DNA of 64,000 bases from Camelus ferus (taxonomy: Eukaryota). Within the stretch, counting starts at the first letter, position 1. Every line of letters begins with the position of its first letter. Location of the stretch: the NCBI RefSeq assembly GCF_009834535.1, contig NC_045704.1, positions 13,020,001 through 13,084,000 on the forward strand, read 5' to 3'. The notes beneath the pieces were generated by a model. The model had not been told where the DNA came from and searched no databases. It saw only the letters and a program-made list of their open reading frames with translations. Positions 42,401 to 62,905 of the stretch are shown in pieces. The translations under genes were made by a program, and so were the position numbers.

Positions 42401-43797
42401 GTGGCTTTTCTTCCCTGTCTCTGCTTCTCTATGCTTCTTTTCCCGTGTCTCTGCAACTCTCTGCTCCCCGAGCCTTCTCTCTCCTTCTGCTGTCTCTCTG
42501 TCTCTTTTCACCCGCTGCCTTCCTCGGTCTCCATCTCTCTCGGGTGTGTCCCTCCCTTCCTTTCGTGAGCCTCCCAAAGCTGGCTCAGCCCTTGCCCATG
42601 GGTTCCTCGGTGGCCGCGCGCCCTCTGCTGGTGCAGATGAAGTTTAGATGCTGGTCACTCGGTCCCACTGCCCTGACTTCCCAAACCTGGGTGTTGGCCT
42701 CCTACCTTCCTATCTGGAGAGACTTCTGAGGCCAGAGTCCAGGTCTGCAGTCTTGAGAAAAGATGCAGGCTCTGCTGCTGGACGCTAGGAGGCTCTAAGA
42801 AAAGGGCCCTGCCTCTCCTCTAGGCTGGGATCCTCCTCCCCATCAGATTGGGCTCTCTCACTTAACAGGTGAGCTTCAGAAAGGACAACCCAGCGTCTTC
42901 CTCCTGAAGCTGTTTTTGCACCCATTTTGTCTGCATCCATCCAATCACTCAGGGACTTAGTGATTAGGTTCCTATTACATGCCAGGCATTATTCTAGGAC
43001 AGCGTAACCAACAGGGCAGACACTGGCCACAGTTGTTCTTGAGACCTGAACAGTATTGAGTGTGAATTGAGATGCTCTGTGAGGGTAAAGCACACACCAG
43101 GTTTTGAAGACTTAGTATGAAAAAAAGAGAAGAACTCCAATATATTTATACTGTTTTGGATATATTGGGTTAAATAAGATCTATGATTGCCATTCATTTG
43201 TCTGTTTCTTTTTTCTTTTAATGTGGCTACTAACAGAATTTACAATTATGTCTATGGTTTGCACGTTGGCCAGTGCTGCTCTAGGGACAGGGAATAGCAG
43301 AGTGAATAAAACCGAGCCTGTCCTGTGGAGCTCATGTTCTAGTGAGGGAGACGGAGTCTAAAGAGGCAGACAGTACATGTTAGTGCTATGAAGAAAAGTA
43401 AAGTGGGAAAGGGGAGAGAGGGCGACAGGGCAGCTGCTTGATAGAAAGCAGAGATCTGAGTGAAGTGAGGGGTGATGCTGCCAGTCCCTGGAGAAGGGCA
43501 CTCCAGGCAGGGGACACGGCGCACACAGAGGCTTCTACTCTCTCCCAGTCAAATGAGATCAGGTGTCCAGGCAGGTGGGCACACAGCAGGAACTTAATCA
43601 AATGATCGATACCTCGCTCCCACCCTGCATCAAAGTGGAGGCTCTGCCACCCCTAGCCACCTCTCCTAAGTCCCCGAGTCACAGCCTGGTGCCTCATATG
43701 CCCTCTGCTCCCTCCTTATCCTCCCGCTGGACAAACAGGGAACCAGCCACTTACTTTTTGTAGCCGGACCACCCGCCTGGGCCTCTGGCAGGTCCAT
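24288..43797 (-). CDS. KASH5: KASH domain-containing protein 5 (CCDC155), about 568 aa, 19 coding exons: complement(join(24288..24435,24550..24669,24755..24819,26323..26368,28188..28246,30307..30429,30736..30823,30986..31050,31720..31779,32023..32079,32342..32419,36991..37041,37373..37490,37733..37894,38164..38230,39445..39509,39972..40158,40626..40730,43755..43797))
   Basis: Start MDLPEAQAGGPATK, EF-hand-like region LEEQILNSTFEACDPQRTG...TFLVIMRDWIAAC, coiled coil, TM LGLLLLLLLLSILLL and KASH tail WPHLQLCYLQPPPV*. All exon phases are compatible, total 1707 nt. Confidence 0.95.
24550..24669 (-). CDS. KASH5: KASH5 exon
   Basis: ccccatcag|c CPSEPDLQQALVPVVKELV...QQL ag|gttcac. Confidence 0.8.
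24755..24819 (-). CDS. KASH5: KASH5 exon
   Basis: ctttcag|MDLPIPLGDSQPGDIPGSPPA ag|gtaacg. Confidence 0.88.
24930..25175 (+). mobile_element. MIR SINE
   Basis: tgtgtgtcccttggcaggtcacctgacctctcc and tgtgcctagcaaacagtgagtcctcaataact. Confidence 0.65.
25560..25690 (-). mobile_element. MIR SINE fragment
   Basis: tgtgccaggccctttacc...ccctgaggaaactgaag. Confidence 0.55.
26323..26368 (-). CDS. KASH5: KASH5 exon
   Basis: gccccag|g LPRRDEEEEVEIWVR|gtaagc. Confidence 0.85.
28188..28246 (-). CDS. KASH5: KASH5 exon
   Basis: cccgcag|RNLQGEPAHPPEGRKERSM tg|gtaaga. Confidence 0.88.
30307..30429 (-). CDS. KASH5: KASH5 exon
   Basis: ctcccag|KQEVAATDLSNPLCGMWQWEEV...TGRQ|gtgagc. Confidence 0.9.
30736..30823 (-). 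CDS. KASH5: KASH5 exon
   Basis: ggccag|g LPEVAQVRRVDWTGLLPPSLGVEIQAIWQ|gtgggc. Confidence 0.88.
30986..31050 (-). CDS. KASH5: KASH5 exon
   Basis: ctgcag|ELKLEISHLEEQLSQTHKGLD ga|gtgagt. Confidence 0.9.
31720..31779 (-). CDS. KASH5: KASH5 exon
   Basis: ttcccag|RTRHMESLAKTLEEYKTATQ|gtaacc. Confidence 0.9.
32023..32079 (-). CDS. KASH5: KASH5 exon
   Basis: ccggcag|RQLYECERLICQRDTILSE|gtgagg. Confidence 0.9.
32342..32419 (-). CDS. KASH5: KASH5 exon
   Basis: cttccag|NGKLLAERDGVKKRSEELAIEKDVLK|gtgcta. Confidence 0.9.
32640..32860. mobile_element. MIR SINE fragments
   Basis: aactgaggcacagaaaggttgagtaacttgtcccaggtcacacag and the adjacent catctgcaaaaatggagataa. Confidence 0.6.
32950..33680 (-). 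mobile_element. Old L1 (L1M) fragment
   Basis: AT-rich; aaaaccacaatgccattatcaagcttaacaaaattaatagtaattcc is typical of an L1M 3' region. Confidence 0.6.
34880..35530. mobile_element. MLT1 LTR fragments
   Basis: tgttgcagccatctatgattctgaggccac and gacagccaaccggcagtgaag resemble MLT1. Confidence 0.5.
36340..36740 (-). mobile_element. Two MIR SINE fragments
   Basis: aaactaaggctcaggaaggagaagtcacatgcc and cccattttcacaggtggggacaccaaggcacagag. Confidence 0.6.
36991..37041 (-). CDS. KASH5: KASH5 exon
   Basis: ttggtcag|EKEQQHLVAEMETLHEE|gtgagc. Confidence 0.9.
37373..37490 (-). CDS. KASH5: KASH5 exon
   Basis: aactcag|c TQQALQFAKAVDEELEDLK...ARRT|gtgggt. Confidence 0.92.
37733..37894 (-). CDS. KASH5: KASH5 exon
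   Basis: ccctcag|g PTTADLLSSLEDLELSNRR...KQLR ag|gtgcgc. Confidence 0.92.
38164..38230 (-). CDS. KASH5: KASH5 exon
   Basis: cctccag|ga CPEAEDPANLESFGGEDPRPE tt|gtacct. Confidence 0.9.
39445..39509 (-). CDS. KASH5: KASH5 exon
   Basis: gatacag|g GLELEEETAFEGALTSQQQPS g|gtgaga. Confidence 0.9.
39972..40158 (-). CDS. KASH5: KASH5 exon
   Basis: tccctag|gc TVAVTHVLAYLEAV...ACQLD gg|gtgagt. Confidence 0.93.
40626..40730 (-). CDS. KASH5: KASH5 exon
   Basis: tcctcag|tg YLWDKPEEG...DPQRT g|gtcaga. Confidence 0.92.
41295..41960. mobile_element. Cluster of MIR SINE fragments
   Basis: ctctgagcctcagtttcttcctctggaaaatgg and cccactttacagatgaggatactcaggcacagagaag. Confidence 0.6.
43010..43283 (-). mobile_element. 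MER33-like hAT DNA transposon
   Basis: ttttggatatattgggttaaataa and ttaatgtggctact match MER33 antisense as recalled. Confidence 0.65.
43755..43797 (-). CDS. KASH5: KASH5 first coding exon
   Basis: ATG GAC CTG CCA GAG...ACA AAA a|gtaagt. Confidence 0.88.
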
Positions 43798-45329
43798 GGG
43801 CCACCCCTGCTGCTCTGCAGCTGCTGACGAAACTAACAGCCTCTCTCCATCACTGGGAGGGACTGAAAAAGGACTGGCTGCTCCAAGAGCTCCTGGAAGG
43901 ACAGACAGGGAAATGGCCTCTGCAGACCAGCCACTGCGCTGCCCCACCTGTGCCCCAGGCCACTCTGGGTTCTCAGAACCTGTTTGCCCACCCCTGCCTG
44001 GACCAGAGCAGCTCCCGCTCAGACCTGTTTTATGGATTGGAGGTGGGGGCTGGGAAAATGGGGGCCCAAGGAGTAGGCGGAAGAGATCAAAGTAGGGCTG
44101 GTGGGTGGGGGTCACTGCCTCCTGCCATCCCTCCTATTTATGAAGTTCCCCAGCCCTGTCCCTCCTACGCTGTCCCCTCCTCTCCTTCCCTAAGGCCTGG
44201 ATCAGGCTTCAGCCTCTCCCCCTGGGCCCTCGTCCCAGCCTCCTCTTCAGCCTCCTGGCGTCAGTCTATCCTCACAGGGCCTCAGAGCTGACCTGCCCCC
44301 CTTGCTCAGTGTTGTTCCATGGCTCCCCAGCACCCTGGGCAAAAAGCCTTGACCTTGGACTTGATATCTAAGGGTCTGCACGGCCTGGGTCCACCTGCCT
44401 CCCCCACTCCAAATCCCACTTGCTGCTTCAGCCACTCTAAACTACATGCTTTTCCCCAAACTGGGCTGGCTGTTTCCACCTCCCGGTCTCTGGCTGGGAC
44501 ACCCTCCTCCCCAGCCCTTCGTGTCTTAGCTCACATATCCCCTCTTCTGGAAAACATTTCTGAACGAGATGCTGTTTCTGGGGTCCCAAACCGCCCTTAG
44601 CTACTGACATTCTCGCTACGTCCATCTGTATTTGGAGCTGTTAGCCTCCCTGGCGAGCCTCCCCTATCTCTCTCCTGCTCCCAGCCCTCCCATGGCTACC
44701 TAGTGCCCTCAGGACTAAGTCTCAGCCCCTCAGGCTGGTGTGGAACAGAGTGGTCCTTTTAACTCCTGGCTTCTTTTTTGTCACTTTTCGCTCCGCTGGC
44801 TGACCTCCAGGTCCCTCACTCTCATCACAGCTTATGGGGATTCAGCATCTGCCCATGGTCCTTCCCAGCCCAGGTCACACTGCAGGCCCCCTCGTCCCCC
44901 GTCAACACAGCAGTTAGGGACTCCCTCCCCTGTGCCCTGACAATGCCCTGTCCTGCCTTTGTTACAATCAGCTTGACCACACGACTTTTGGGCTCAACTC
45001 CAGGACACCTTCCAGAGTGAAAAGGGCACTCTTAAAAATGACAACAGACAACAGTGATCTTCAGGCTGAACGGGGCACACTGGGGCAAATGTTCAACATA
45101 GGGTTGCCTGGGGCCTGTCTGTCCTCACCCCATCCACTCAGCCCCTCTTTACTCACCAAGGACTCCCCACACCCTGCTCTCTGTGGCTCCAGTTGTGGAA
45201 TATACTCTTCTTGTCAGCTTTTAGAAGGTTCTAGAAAAAGGGGTCTTTAAAGAGAGACTCTTCCAGGGTGTGGACAAGGATGGAGGATGCAGAATGAGGC
45301 TGAGTGGGGAAGGGTGTCTGTGAGCGAGG

Positions 45330-45870
45330 GTGCTGACAGGCACTGGGAGCCTCTGACAAGGTTTGAGGGATAAACTCTTGGTAAGGGACCGAGGGAGGCC
45401 CTGGTGGACCTTGGGGGTCTTTGGGAGATTCTAGCAGGAGGAGGAGTCAGGCAGGAATTCTGGGGACTTTAAGGGGGTCTCTGACTGGATTTCTGGGGAG
45501 TCTCTTGGTTTCTGAGGGGGCATCTCTGACAGGATTTTGGAGAATCTGACAGGAGTTTTGGTGGGTTTGACAAGATTTCTGAGGCTCTTTGGCAGAACTT
45601 TTGGGGGCCTCTGACAGGATCTGGGTAGGGAGTGAAACGGGATTTCAGAGAGGGAGGCTCTGAGGGAGAAGTCTGATAGGACTCCTGAAAGATTCTGACC
45701 AGATTTCAGGGGTCACCTATTAAGATTTCCTGGGGGTTCCTTTCAGTATTTCTGAGGAGATTTGGTTAGGATTTCAAAAAGATTTCAAGACTTGGAAGGC
45801 CCTGACACTGGGGACTCTCTTCTATGATAAAAATCTGCCAGGATTTCGGGAGGGGCTCTGACACGGCTAC
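45330..45870 (+). repeat. Degenerate ~22 bp CTCTGACAGGATTTYNGGGG minisatellite
   Basis: ctgacaggattttgg, ctgacaggagttttgg, ttgacaagatttctg and ctctgacaggatctgg recur. Confidence 0.6.
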
Positions 45871-45901
45871 TCCAGGGAACCTCGCCACGGCCAACGCGCA
45901 C

Positions 45902-46190
45902 CTGCGGTCACGTCCCAGGCTCTGGACACAGCTGAGGGCCACGAAGGAAAAACGGCAGTTGCGTTGTGAGGAGATTAGCGTGCGCTCTTCCCGCCAGAAA
46001 ACGCAAAGAGCGCGGAGCGGTACCGAGGGGTCGCGCAGCGTCTAAACCACCTGGGATCCACGCCCGACGCAGGCGCACTCAGGGGCAAGGCGCGCTCTGG
46101 GCTAGTCGGTTACGGGAAACAGCGAGGCCGCGCATGCGTAGGGCTGCCCCGGCGCGCGCCCAGCCTGGTGGAGCGGGCGCATGCGTATTG
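45902..46190 (-). promoter_or_regulatory. KASH5 CpG-island promoter and probable non-coding exon 1
   Basis: Donor ccgcag|gtgcgc at 45901, CpG-rich, GCGCATGCGTA twice (46130 and 46177), GGCGGGAA on minus at 45988-45995. Confidence 0.55.
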
Positions 46191-46699
46191 TTCTAGCGGA
46201 AGACTGAAGAGGTTACAACTAGGAGGGCACGGCGGGACGGCTGCGTCTTCTTTGCCTTCTCAAGCTTCTGTGAAATGGGCCCAAGCAAGGGAGAGTTGGA
46301 CTAAGGGACCTCTTGTCTATCCCCCACTTCTTATCAGCCACAAAGACGTGCCCTTTTTGCCCTCTGTTCCGTGCCAGGCTGCCGGTCACCGTCACAATGA
46401 TGTCCTGCCCTGTCCTGCCCTGTCCTGCCTTGCCACTCCCGTACCTATTTCTAGTCATCATGTATTAACAGGTCTCCTAAGGATTCTTTCCAAAACCGTT
46501 TTATTCATCCTTTTTAGGAGAGACTGGAGGAAAAATAACCTCAGATTTCCAACTAGAGAGAGGAAGAGAATTACATCCCAAATTGACTCCAAAGGAGAGG
46601 CATTTGGGATAAAAGATGTCCCACCCACTCAGCCTCTTTGCTAGCCCCGACACAGAAAAAGAATCCTTTTGCATTTTCTGGTACATCCCACCAGCATTC

Positions 46700-46930
46700 A
46701 TTTAGCTATTACTTCCTCAGAGAGGCCCTCTCCTGATGCACTGTCTCTCTCTGTGCTTACGGTTTTTAGTGGTCATCGTGACAGTCTCACCACATGACAT
46801 ATTCTATATTTGTGTACTGTCTGTCACCCCTCACTGGAATGTGAGTTCTTAGCAGTAAGAGGCTATTTGAGAACTAGAACGTGTCTGGCCCAATATGGGA
46901 GCTCAAAAATTTTTTTTGAATGAATGAAGA
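46700..46930 (+). mobile_element. L2 LINE 3' end
   Basis: tcactggaatgtgagttc...atatgggagctcaaaaattttttgaatgaatgaa. Confidence 0.65.
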
Positions 46931-46954
46931 GACAGAATCCATTCCTCTTAACTA

Positions 46955-47400
46955 CTGGGCAGTGTAGAGTGATAATAAGGCTGTAGTCAGACTTCCTTGA
47001 GTTTGAATTTTGGCTCTGTCACTTCCTACCTATAACCTTGGCACAATGGCTTACCCTCCCTGAGCCTCAGTTTTCCTCCCAGAAATGGAGATAACAATTG
47101 CTTCTAAGGTTACCTTGAGGACTTAAGGTGGTAATCCTTGATAATTGATAGTTATTATTTTGGCTATTAGATGGTGGTTTATTATAAGACCTGGGGAAGA
47201 ACCTGTTCGGCAGGTGATGTGGTGAGTGGTGAAGTGTGAGATATGGAATCAGACAAATCTAGTGCCATTGCTGTGTGACTCTGGCAAGTGATTTCACCTC
47301 TCTGAAGCTCAGCTTCTTTTCTAAAATGGAAACAAATTATATCCACCTCATGGGGTCTTATGAGAGTTCAATAAGAATGTTTGCCAAGTGTTTTCTTAGT
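46955..47400 (+). mobile_element. Two MIR SINEs
   Basis: ggctctgtcacttcctacc...ccctgagcctcagttttcc and gctgtgtgactctggcaagtgatttcacctctctgaagctcag. Confidence 0.7.
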
Positions 47401-47861
47401 ACAGGCTGGTAAGTGGTGGATCCCGCTAGCTTGACTAGTATACTTTCATTTTATTTTTTCAGTATTTCTTGTTTCTTCTCCTTCTTCTCCTTCTCCTTCT
47501 TCAGATCTAGGTAGTTCTGTAAAATGTGAAACAATTTTTTAAATTAAAAAAATTAAAACAATTTTATAATACAGCTGTAATGTACATAGAGTGCTAAATC
47601 TCAAATTACAGCTCAATTAAATTTTGATAGAGTAATAAATTAATGGAACCACTCATATAAGAAAACAGTGTTGCCTGCAGCCCAGAAATCTTCTTCACAC
47701 CTCCTCCTCCTCGTTACCCTTCAGAGGTGACAACTTTTGATTATGACTTCACTTCCTCAACTTTATGAGATTCATTATGTAACAGTAGGTCATTCATTTC
47801 ACTACTATGTAATGTACCATTGTATGTATATGTCACAATTGAACCATTTTACTCTTTAAGA

Positions 47862-47934
47862 AAATTTTCTGTTATTGAAGTATAGTTGATTTACAATGTT
47901 GTGTTAGTTTTTGGTGTACAGCATAGTGATTCAG

Positions 47935-47970
<36 letters not shown>

Positions 47971-48270
47971 CTATATAGTAGGCCCTCATTATTTATTGAT
48001 TTTATATCTAATAGTTTGTATCTGCTGATTCCATACTCCTAATCTATCCCTCTCCCACCGTTTCCCCTTTGGTAACCATATGTTTTTTATGTCTGTGAGT
48101 CTGTTTCTGTTTTATAAGTTCATTTGTATCATTTTAGATTCTACATGTAAGTGATATCATATGGTATTTGTCTTTGTCCTTCTGACTTCATTTAGTATGA
48201 TAATCTCTAGGACCATCCATGTTGCTGCAGATGCATTGGGTTTTTCTTTTTTATGGCTGAGTAGTATTTC
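47862..48270 (-). mobile_element. L1 3' end (antisense) with (TA)n(CA)n microsatellite
   Basis: ttgaagtatagttgatttacaatgttgtgttagtttttggtgtacagcatagtgattcag is a typical ungulate L1 3'UTR; microsatellite at about 47935-47970. Confidence 0.75.
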
Positions 48271-48274
48271 AATC

Positions 48275-48490
48275 CCAGGGGACTTGATTCTGCCAATAAC
48301 CTGAGTGATCTTGGAAGCAGTCTTCCCAGAGCCTCCAGGTAAGAACCCTGCTGGCCTTGTGAGACCTGCTCAGAGTACCAGCCAAGCCATCCTGGATTTC
48401 TGACCTGTAGATCAGTGGAGAGAATACATTTGCATTGTTTTAAGTTGCTATGTTTGTGGTTATTTGTTGTGCAATAGGCACTAATGTTGC
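48275..48490 (+). mobile_element. MLT1 LTR 3' fragment
   Basis: gatttctgacctgtag...ttgcattgttttaagttgctatgtttgtggttatttgtt. Confidence 0.65.
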
Positions 48491-48791
48491 AGTAATGAGA
48501 AACAAATGCAGAGGCAGAGTGGACGGGCAGGACCGGAGTGGAAGGGTTGGAAGTGGGAGGGCAGACAGAGCTGGAGGTGACACAGCTGGGGACTGAGGGT
48601 TTGGATGGAGCTGGAGGTGACAGAGTTGTTCAGTCAGAAGACAGACAGCATTTGAATGAGAAAACTGAGCCTGGAGACCTAGAATTTCAGCCAGATGGCA
48701 CGCTCCAGGCTAGGGTTAGGGGGACTCTCTATGGCTTGAGGCTTGGGGACAAATCCCAAAAGGAGACAGTGCTGCCAGATGTAAGAAAATG

Positions 48792-48797
48792 TTTAAT
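48792..48797 (-). terminator. DKKL1 polyadenylation signal (ATTAAA)
   Basis: tttaat on +, about 65 nt after the DKKL1 stop. Confidence 0.6.
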
Positions 48798-48862
48798 TTC
48801 CATATGGTGATAGGGGTAGGGTCTAGCGGGGGATGCATGCAGGTACTCCCCACTCCCCTCCC

Positions 48863-52384
<3,522 letters not shown>

Positions 52385-53819
52385 TCAAGGGTGAGAGCCC
52401 CCGCCCCCTAAGTGCCCACATCCCCATCCTAGACCACGACCCCTTCCTACCCACAGAAACTCCTCACACACCCCCACCATTCCCCTTCCCTTTCTCCTCT
52501 AACTCCCTCCATCATGTTAGGCCCCGCCCCTCCTCCCAGGCTCGGCTCTTCTGGGCTCGGTCTCATACATGGATCTTATTCCTCTCCTTCGCCCACATTC
52601 ATATTCAGATCTCATTCCTCTTCACCTTCTCCCACGACCCGCCCCTTATTTTGGGCCCCGCTTTTATGCTAGACCACAGCCCGGTCACCGTACTCTCAGA
52701 CTCCGGCCGTCCACGGACTGTTAAATCCAAACAGTTCTGGTCTCGAGCACAGGAGGGATACCTGGAGCGTTGAAAGAGCTCGCGAGCCCTACACTCGCCC
52801 CTACTGTCTGACCACGCCCCCATCTGCTGACCTCACCCACGAGCCGGGCCGTCTATTGGATAGTCAGGCCCTTAAGGGAAGAGCCACGCTCCTTAAACCA
52901 GAGCCTGGCGTTCATTTCAAGTTCACACCCTCATCGTCAGGCCACGCCCCTGTCGGTTGACCTCGGCCCTGGAGACCCAGGTTGCCCATATTCTCTAATC
53001 ATGACCATTGTGCCCGAGCCTCGCTCCAATAGCAGGTGGTCCCGCCCCTCACTTAGAGCCACGCCCCCGCACCTAGGCCACGCCTCTGTGCCCCAGCTCT
53101 TTCCCCCAGTGCCCTCAGTTCCATTCCTAGGCTCCTTCTGGTCTTGAAATACCCGAATCCGAACTGCCTTTCTGATTTGCTCATTGTTAAGTTTTGTATC
53201 TATCTATCAGAGTTTCTCCCTGTCGCTTCTCGTTTTCCCTGGGTTTTGAAAAGATTAATGTGCTCAACAGAAGACAACGTAAGGACGCTGAACCCCGAGT
53301 CCTCTTTGGTTCCACTGGAAAGCTCTGCCCTCTCAGGAAACCTTAAATCGAGTCCCATGGAACCCAGATTCCGGGCTCTCTTCTTCCTCAGGACCCCAGC
53401 CCCTCTAGTCCCGTGAGTTTGAACATTCAACTCATCTTTAAGAAACCCCTCATCTTTAAGGGACATCTTTTAAGGGACCCTCATCTCTCTCCTGAGGCAC
53501 CCAGACTCTCTCCTGGTCCTGGGACAGCCGCCACCTCTAGTCCAATAGTGTGAGTGGATGCGGGAGTCTCCACCTATATTTCCAATATTGGAAAATTGGG
53601 AATTTTCAATAAACTCCCAGTCGTCTTGCCCACAACCCTTAACCCTGATGAGGTCACAAGGAAACCAATCAATGAAAAGAAATCAATGGAAATCTGTCAA
53701 AAACCCATCCTGACCAATACCTCAACCCTAAAAAATATACTTGAGGCTGAACAGGAAGGATTCTTTTGTGTTCCTAGCAATCTCTTCCACATCTCCAACA
53801 CATGAACTACACCAGAGGG

Positions 53820-54000
53820 TAGCCAGGAGTCCAGGCCCCTAGACCCTTCCTCCTCCAGACTCAGGAACTATGGCCCCCAGTCTCCTCCTCCCTCAGATGT
53901 AGGTTTCCTGGCCCCTATCAATCCTCCCTGAGACCCAAGAGTCCAGAACCCCAATTCCCCTCCTCTCTCCGGGATCCAAGCATCAGAATCCCGAAGTTCT
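53820..54000 (+). repeat. MSR1-like minisatellite cluster just upstream of TEAD2
   Basis: About 5 degenerate ccaggagtccaggcccc / tcctccctcaga units. Confidence 0.7.
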
Positions 54001-54113
54001 TACCAGGGCCCAGTTAGACTTCACCTCTCTTTTAGCAAAGCAAAAATCCTCCCCTAAGCTGTCACCGTCGGATCCCTATTCCCGCTGTCCGGCGCCCGGA
54101 CCCGCCCCCCCCT

Positions 54114-54208
54114 CCAGTCCCTCCCACTTTTCCCAAACAAAGCTCCCGGGCAACTTTCTCCCTCGCTGCGCCCCGCCCGCCCGCGGCTCCCCAGCCCCAG
54201 GCCGGGAG
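54114..54208 (+). other. TEAD2: TEAD2 non-coding exon 1 (start approximate)
   Basis: GC-rich, ends ccaggccgggag|gtagga, can splice to gcccagATG at 55876. Confidence 0.65.
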
Positions 54209-55214
54209 GTAGGAAGGCGCCGGCGGGAGTCGGGGATCCTGCTTTGGGTTGTGTGAGTTGGGGTGGGAAGTTATGCGTTATGAGTTGAGGTGTTTGTTGG
54301 GACTATCTCTGAATTGCTGGCCGCCTTCTTTTTGGCGGGGGGAGGGGGGCAGAGGGGCCGACTTTGCAGCTCGTGACCGAGTCTAAGTGTGGAGTTGGAA
54401 CTTTCGCCAGTTAGGGTGTGTGTTGATGGGTCTGAGTTAGCTAGTGTGCTCCTGGGAGTGGCGTGAGGTCTGGGGGCTCTGGTGGGTGTGGGTGTGGGTG
54501 TGGGGGGTCTGAGTGTCTGTGGAGGTGTCGGTTTCGAGTGAGAACGAGCCCCATGCTTGTTTCTGACCGAATTGATTTGTGTGTGTCAGTTGTGTGCGCC
54601 GGGTCCCCCTTAGGAGAAAGGAGGCCTCCTGGGTGGCCAAAGATGGGCTACGGTGCTTTCTAGATCTTCAGTCTAGTCTCTTCGGAGGTTTGAGGCCTGG
54701 GGCGCGAAATTAGTGGGGACCTTTCTGACCGGCTCCTCCGTCCCTTTGTCTGGCCACATGGGGGAGAGCTGGGCTGGGATTTTGGTCTACGGGGGTCTTG
54801 AACGCCGCACCGCCACTGGGCTCGGCCTGGAGTCTTTGTCTTCGCCGGGGCTCCGGGGTCCGAGGGAGGAGGGGGATGGGAGCCGGGACTCTGGGGTCCT
54901 GGGAAAGCTGTGGAAGACGGGGAGCCCCCAGGGAGGCGGGATCTGACTGTATTGGAAAAAGTTTTCCCCTGTTCCCGGCCTCCGGAAAGTCACTGGGAAC
55001 TTGAGTTGGATCCAAGCCCATGGCCGGGGAGTGGGGGGAGGAGAGGGGCGGGCCCGGGGGCTGAAGGGGAGGCGCCCTCGCCTGCCAGCCCCTCCCCTGA
55101 TGGGGGTTGTGGGAAACTGGGGGAGGGGACGCCTGGGCCCTTTGTTCTGGCTCTCCCGAAGGCAGGGCGCCCCTGCCTCTGAGTCTGTGGTTCTGTGGGT
55201 CTTTCCTGGACTTG

Positions 55215-55375
55215 GCTTGAGTTTCTGCCCTGAGCCTCTGTCCCTCTCTCTCTGGGTGTCTGTCCCCTTCTCTCTGGATCTCTGGTCCCCCTCACTCTGG
55301 GTGTAGATCCCCCAACACTCCGTCTGTGTTCCCCTCTCTTTGAGACACTGTCCCCCCCACCCCGAGTCTCTATCA
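55215..55375 (-). repeat. GGGGACAGAGACCCAGAGAGA-type minisatellite (antisense)
   Basis: tccctctctctctgggtgtctgtccccttctctctggatctctgg. Confidence 0.6.
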
Positions 55376-55669
55376 CCCTCTCCCTGGATCTCCCCTCAGC
55401 CTTACAAGGGCCTGTGCCCCTCCTTTTCTAGCAGCTGCTACTCACATCCCAGCACCTGTTCTTGGGGTGGGACTGAGATGATCTCACCCACACCTCCCTC
55501 CCTGCAGCTAGGCCCTGACTCCTGTCTTCTTTAAACCAGTAATCCATACCCAAAGTTGCAGCCTTCCTGGGCCCTGGGCTTTATTCTGGGGTCTCCAAGA
55601 CTTCATTACAACCCAGGCTTCCCTGAAAACACAGAGGAGAACACTCTCACTGGAAGCTTCCCCAGAAAT

Positions 55670-55830
55670 CCAGCCTTTTTCTCCTCCAGGACCTAGGAGT
55701 CCTGGCCCCCAGTCTCCTGTTTCCCTTAGACCCAGGACTTCAGCCCCCTCCTTTCTCAGATTCAGGGATCCAGGTTCCCCCAGCGTCCTCCCTCGGACCC
55801 AGAAGTCTGGATTCCCAGCCCTCCCCACCC
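55670..55830 (+). repeat. MSR1-like cluster just before TEAD2 exon 2
   Basis: About 4 units, e.g. ctcctccaggacctaggagtcctggcccccagtc. Confidence 0.7.
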
Positions 55831-55881
55831 TCTGGGTGGGTCAGGGGAACCTTGCTGAACTCTGTGTTCCTACAGGCCCAG

Positions 55882-62652
<6,771 letters not shown>

Positions 62653-62725
62653 GTGAGTGCAATTTTGGGATAGTCAGTGGAAGGTTTTGGAACATCGAGG
62701 GTTATTGGAAGGGAAAGCATAAAGC

Positions 62726-62905
62726 AGTGGTTCTCAAATTTTAGCATGTATTAGAATAATATGGAGGGATTGTTAAAACACAGGTTGCTAGGCCTCAGCC
62801 CCGGAATTTCTGATTCAGTAGATCTGGTGTAGGATCTGAGAATTTGCATTTCTGACAAGCTCCCGGGTGATGTTGATGATGCTAGTCCAGGGACCACACT
62901 GAGTA
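62726..62905. mobile_element. MER5A hAT DNA transposon
   Basis: cagtggttctcaaattttagcatg...gagaatttgcatttctgacaagctccc...ccagggaccacactgag. Confidence 0.75.

Larger units (their letters stand above)
52680..54250. promoter_or_regulatory. Divergent DKKL1 / TEAD2 promoter region
   Basis: CpG-rich blocks at about 52680-53090 (repeated CCACGCCC) and 54060-54240; the genes are head-to-head. Confidence 0.6.
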
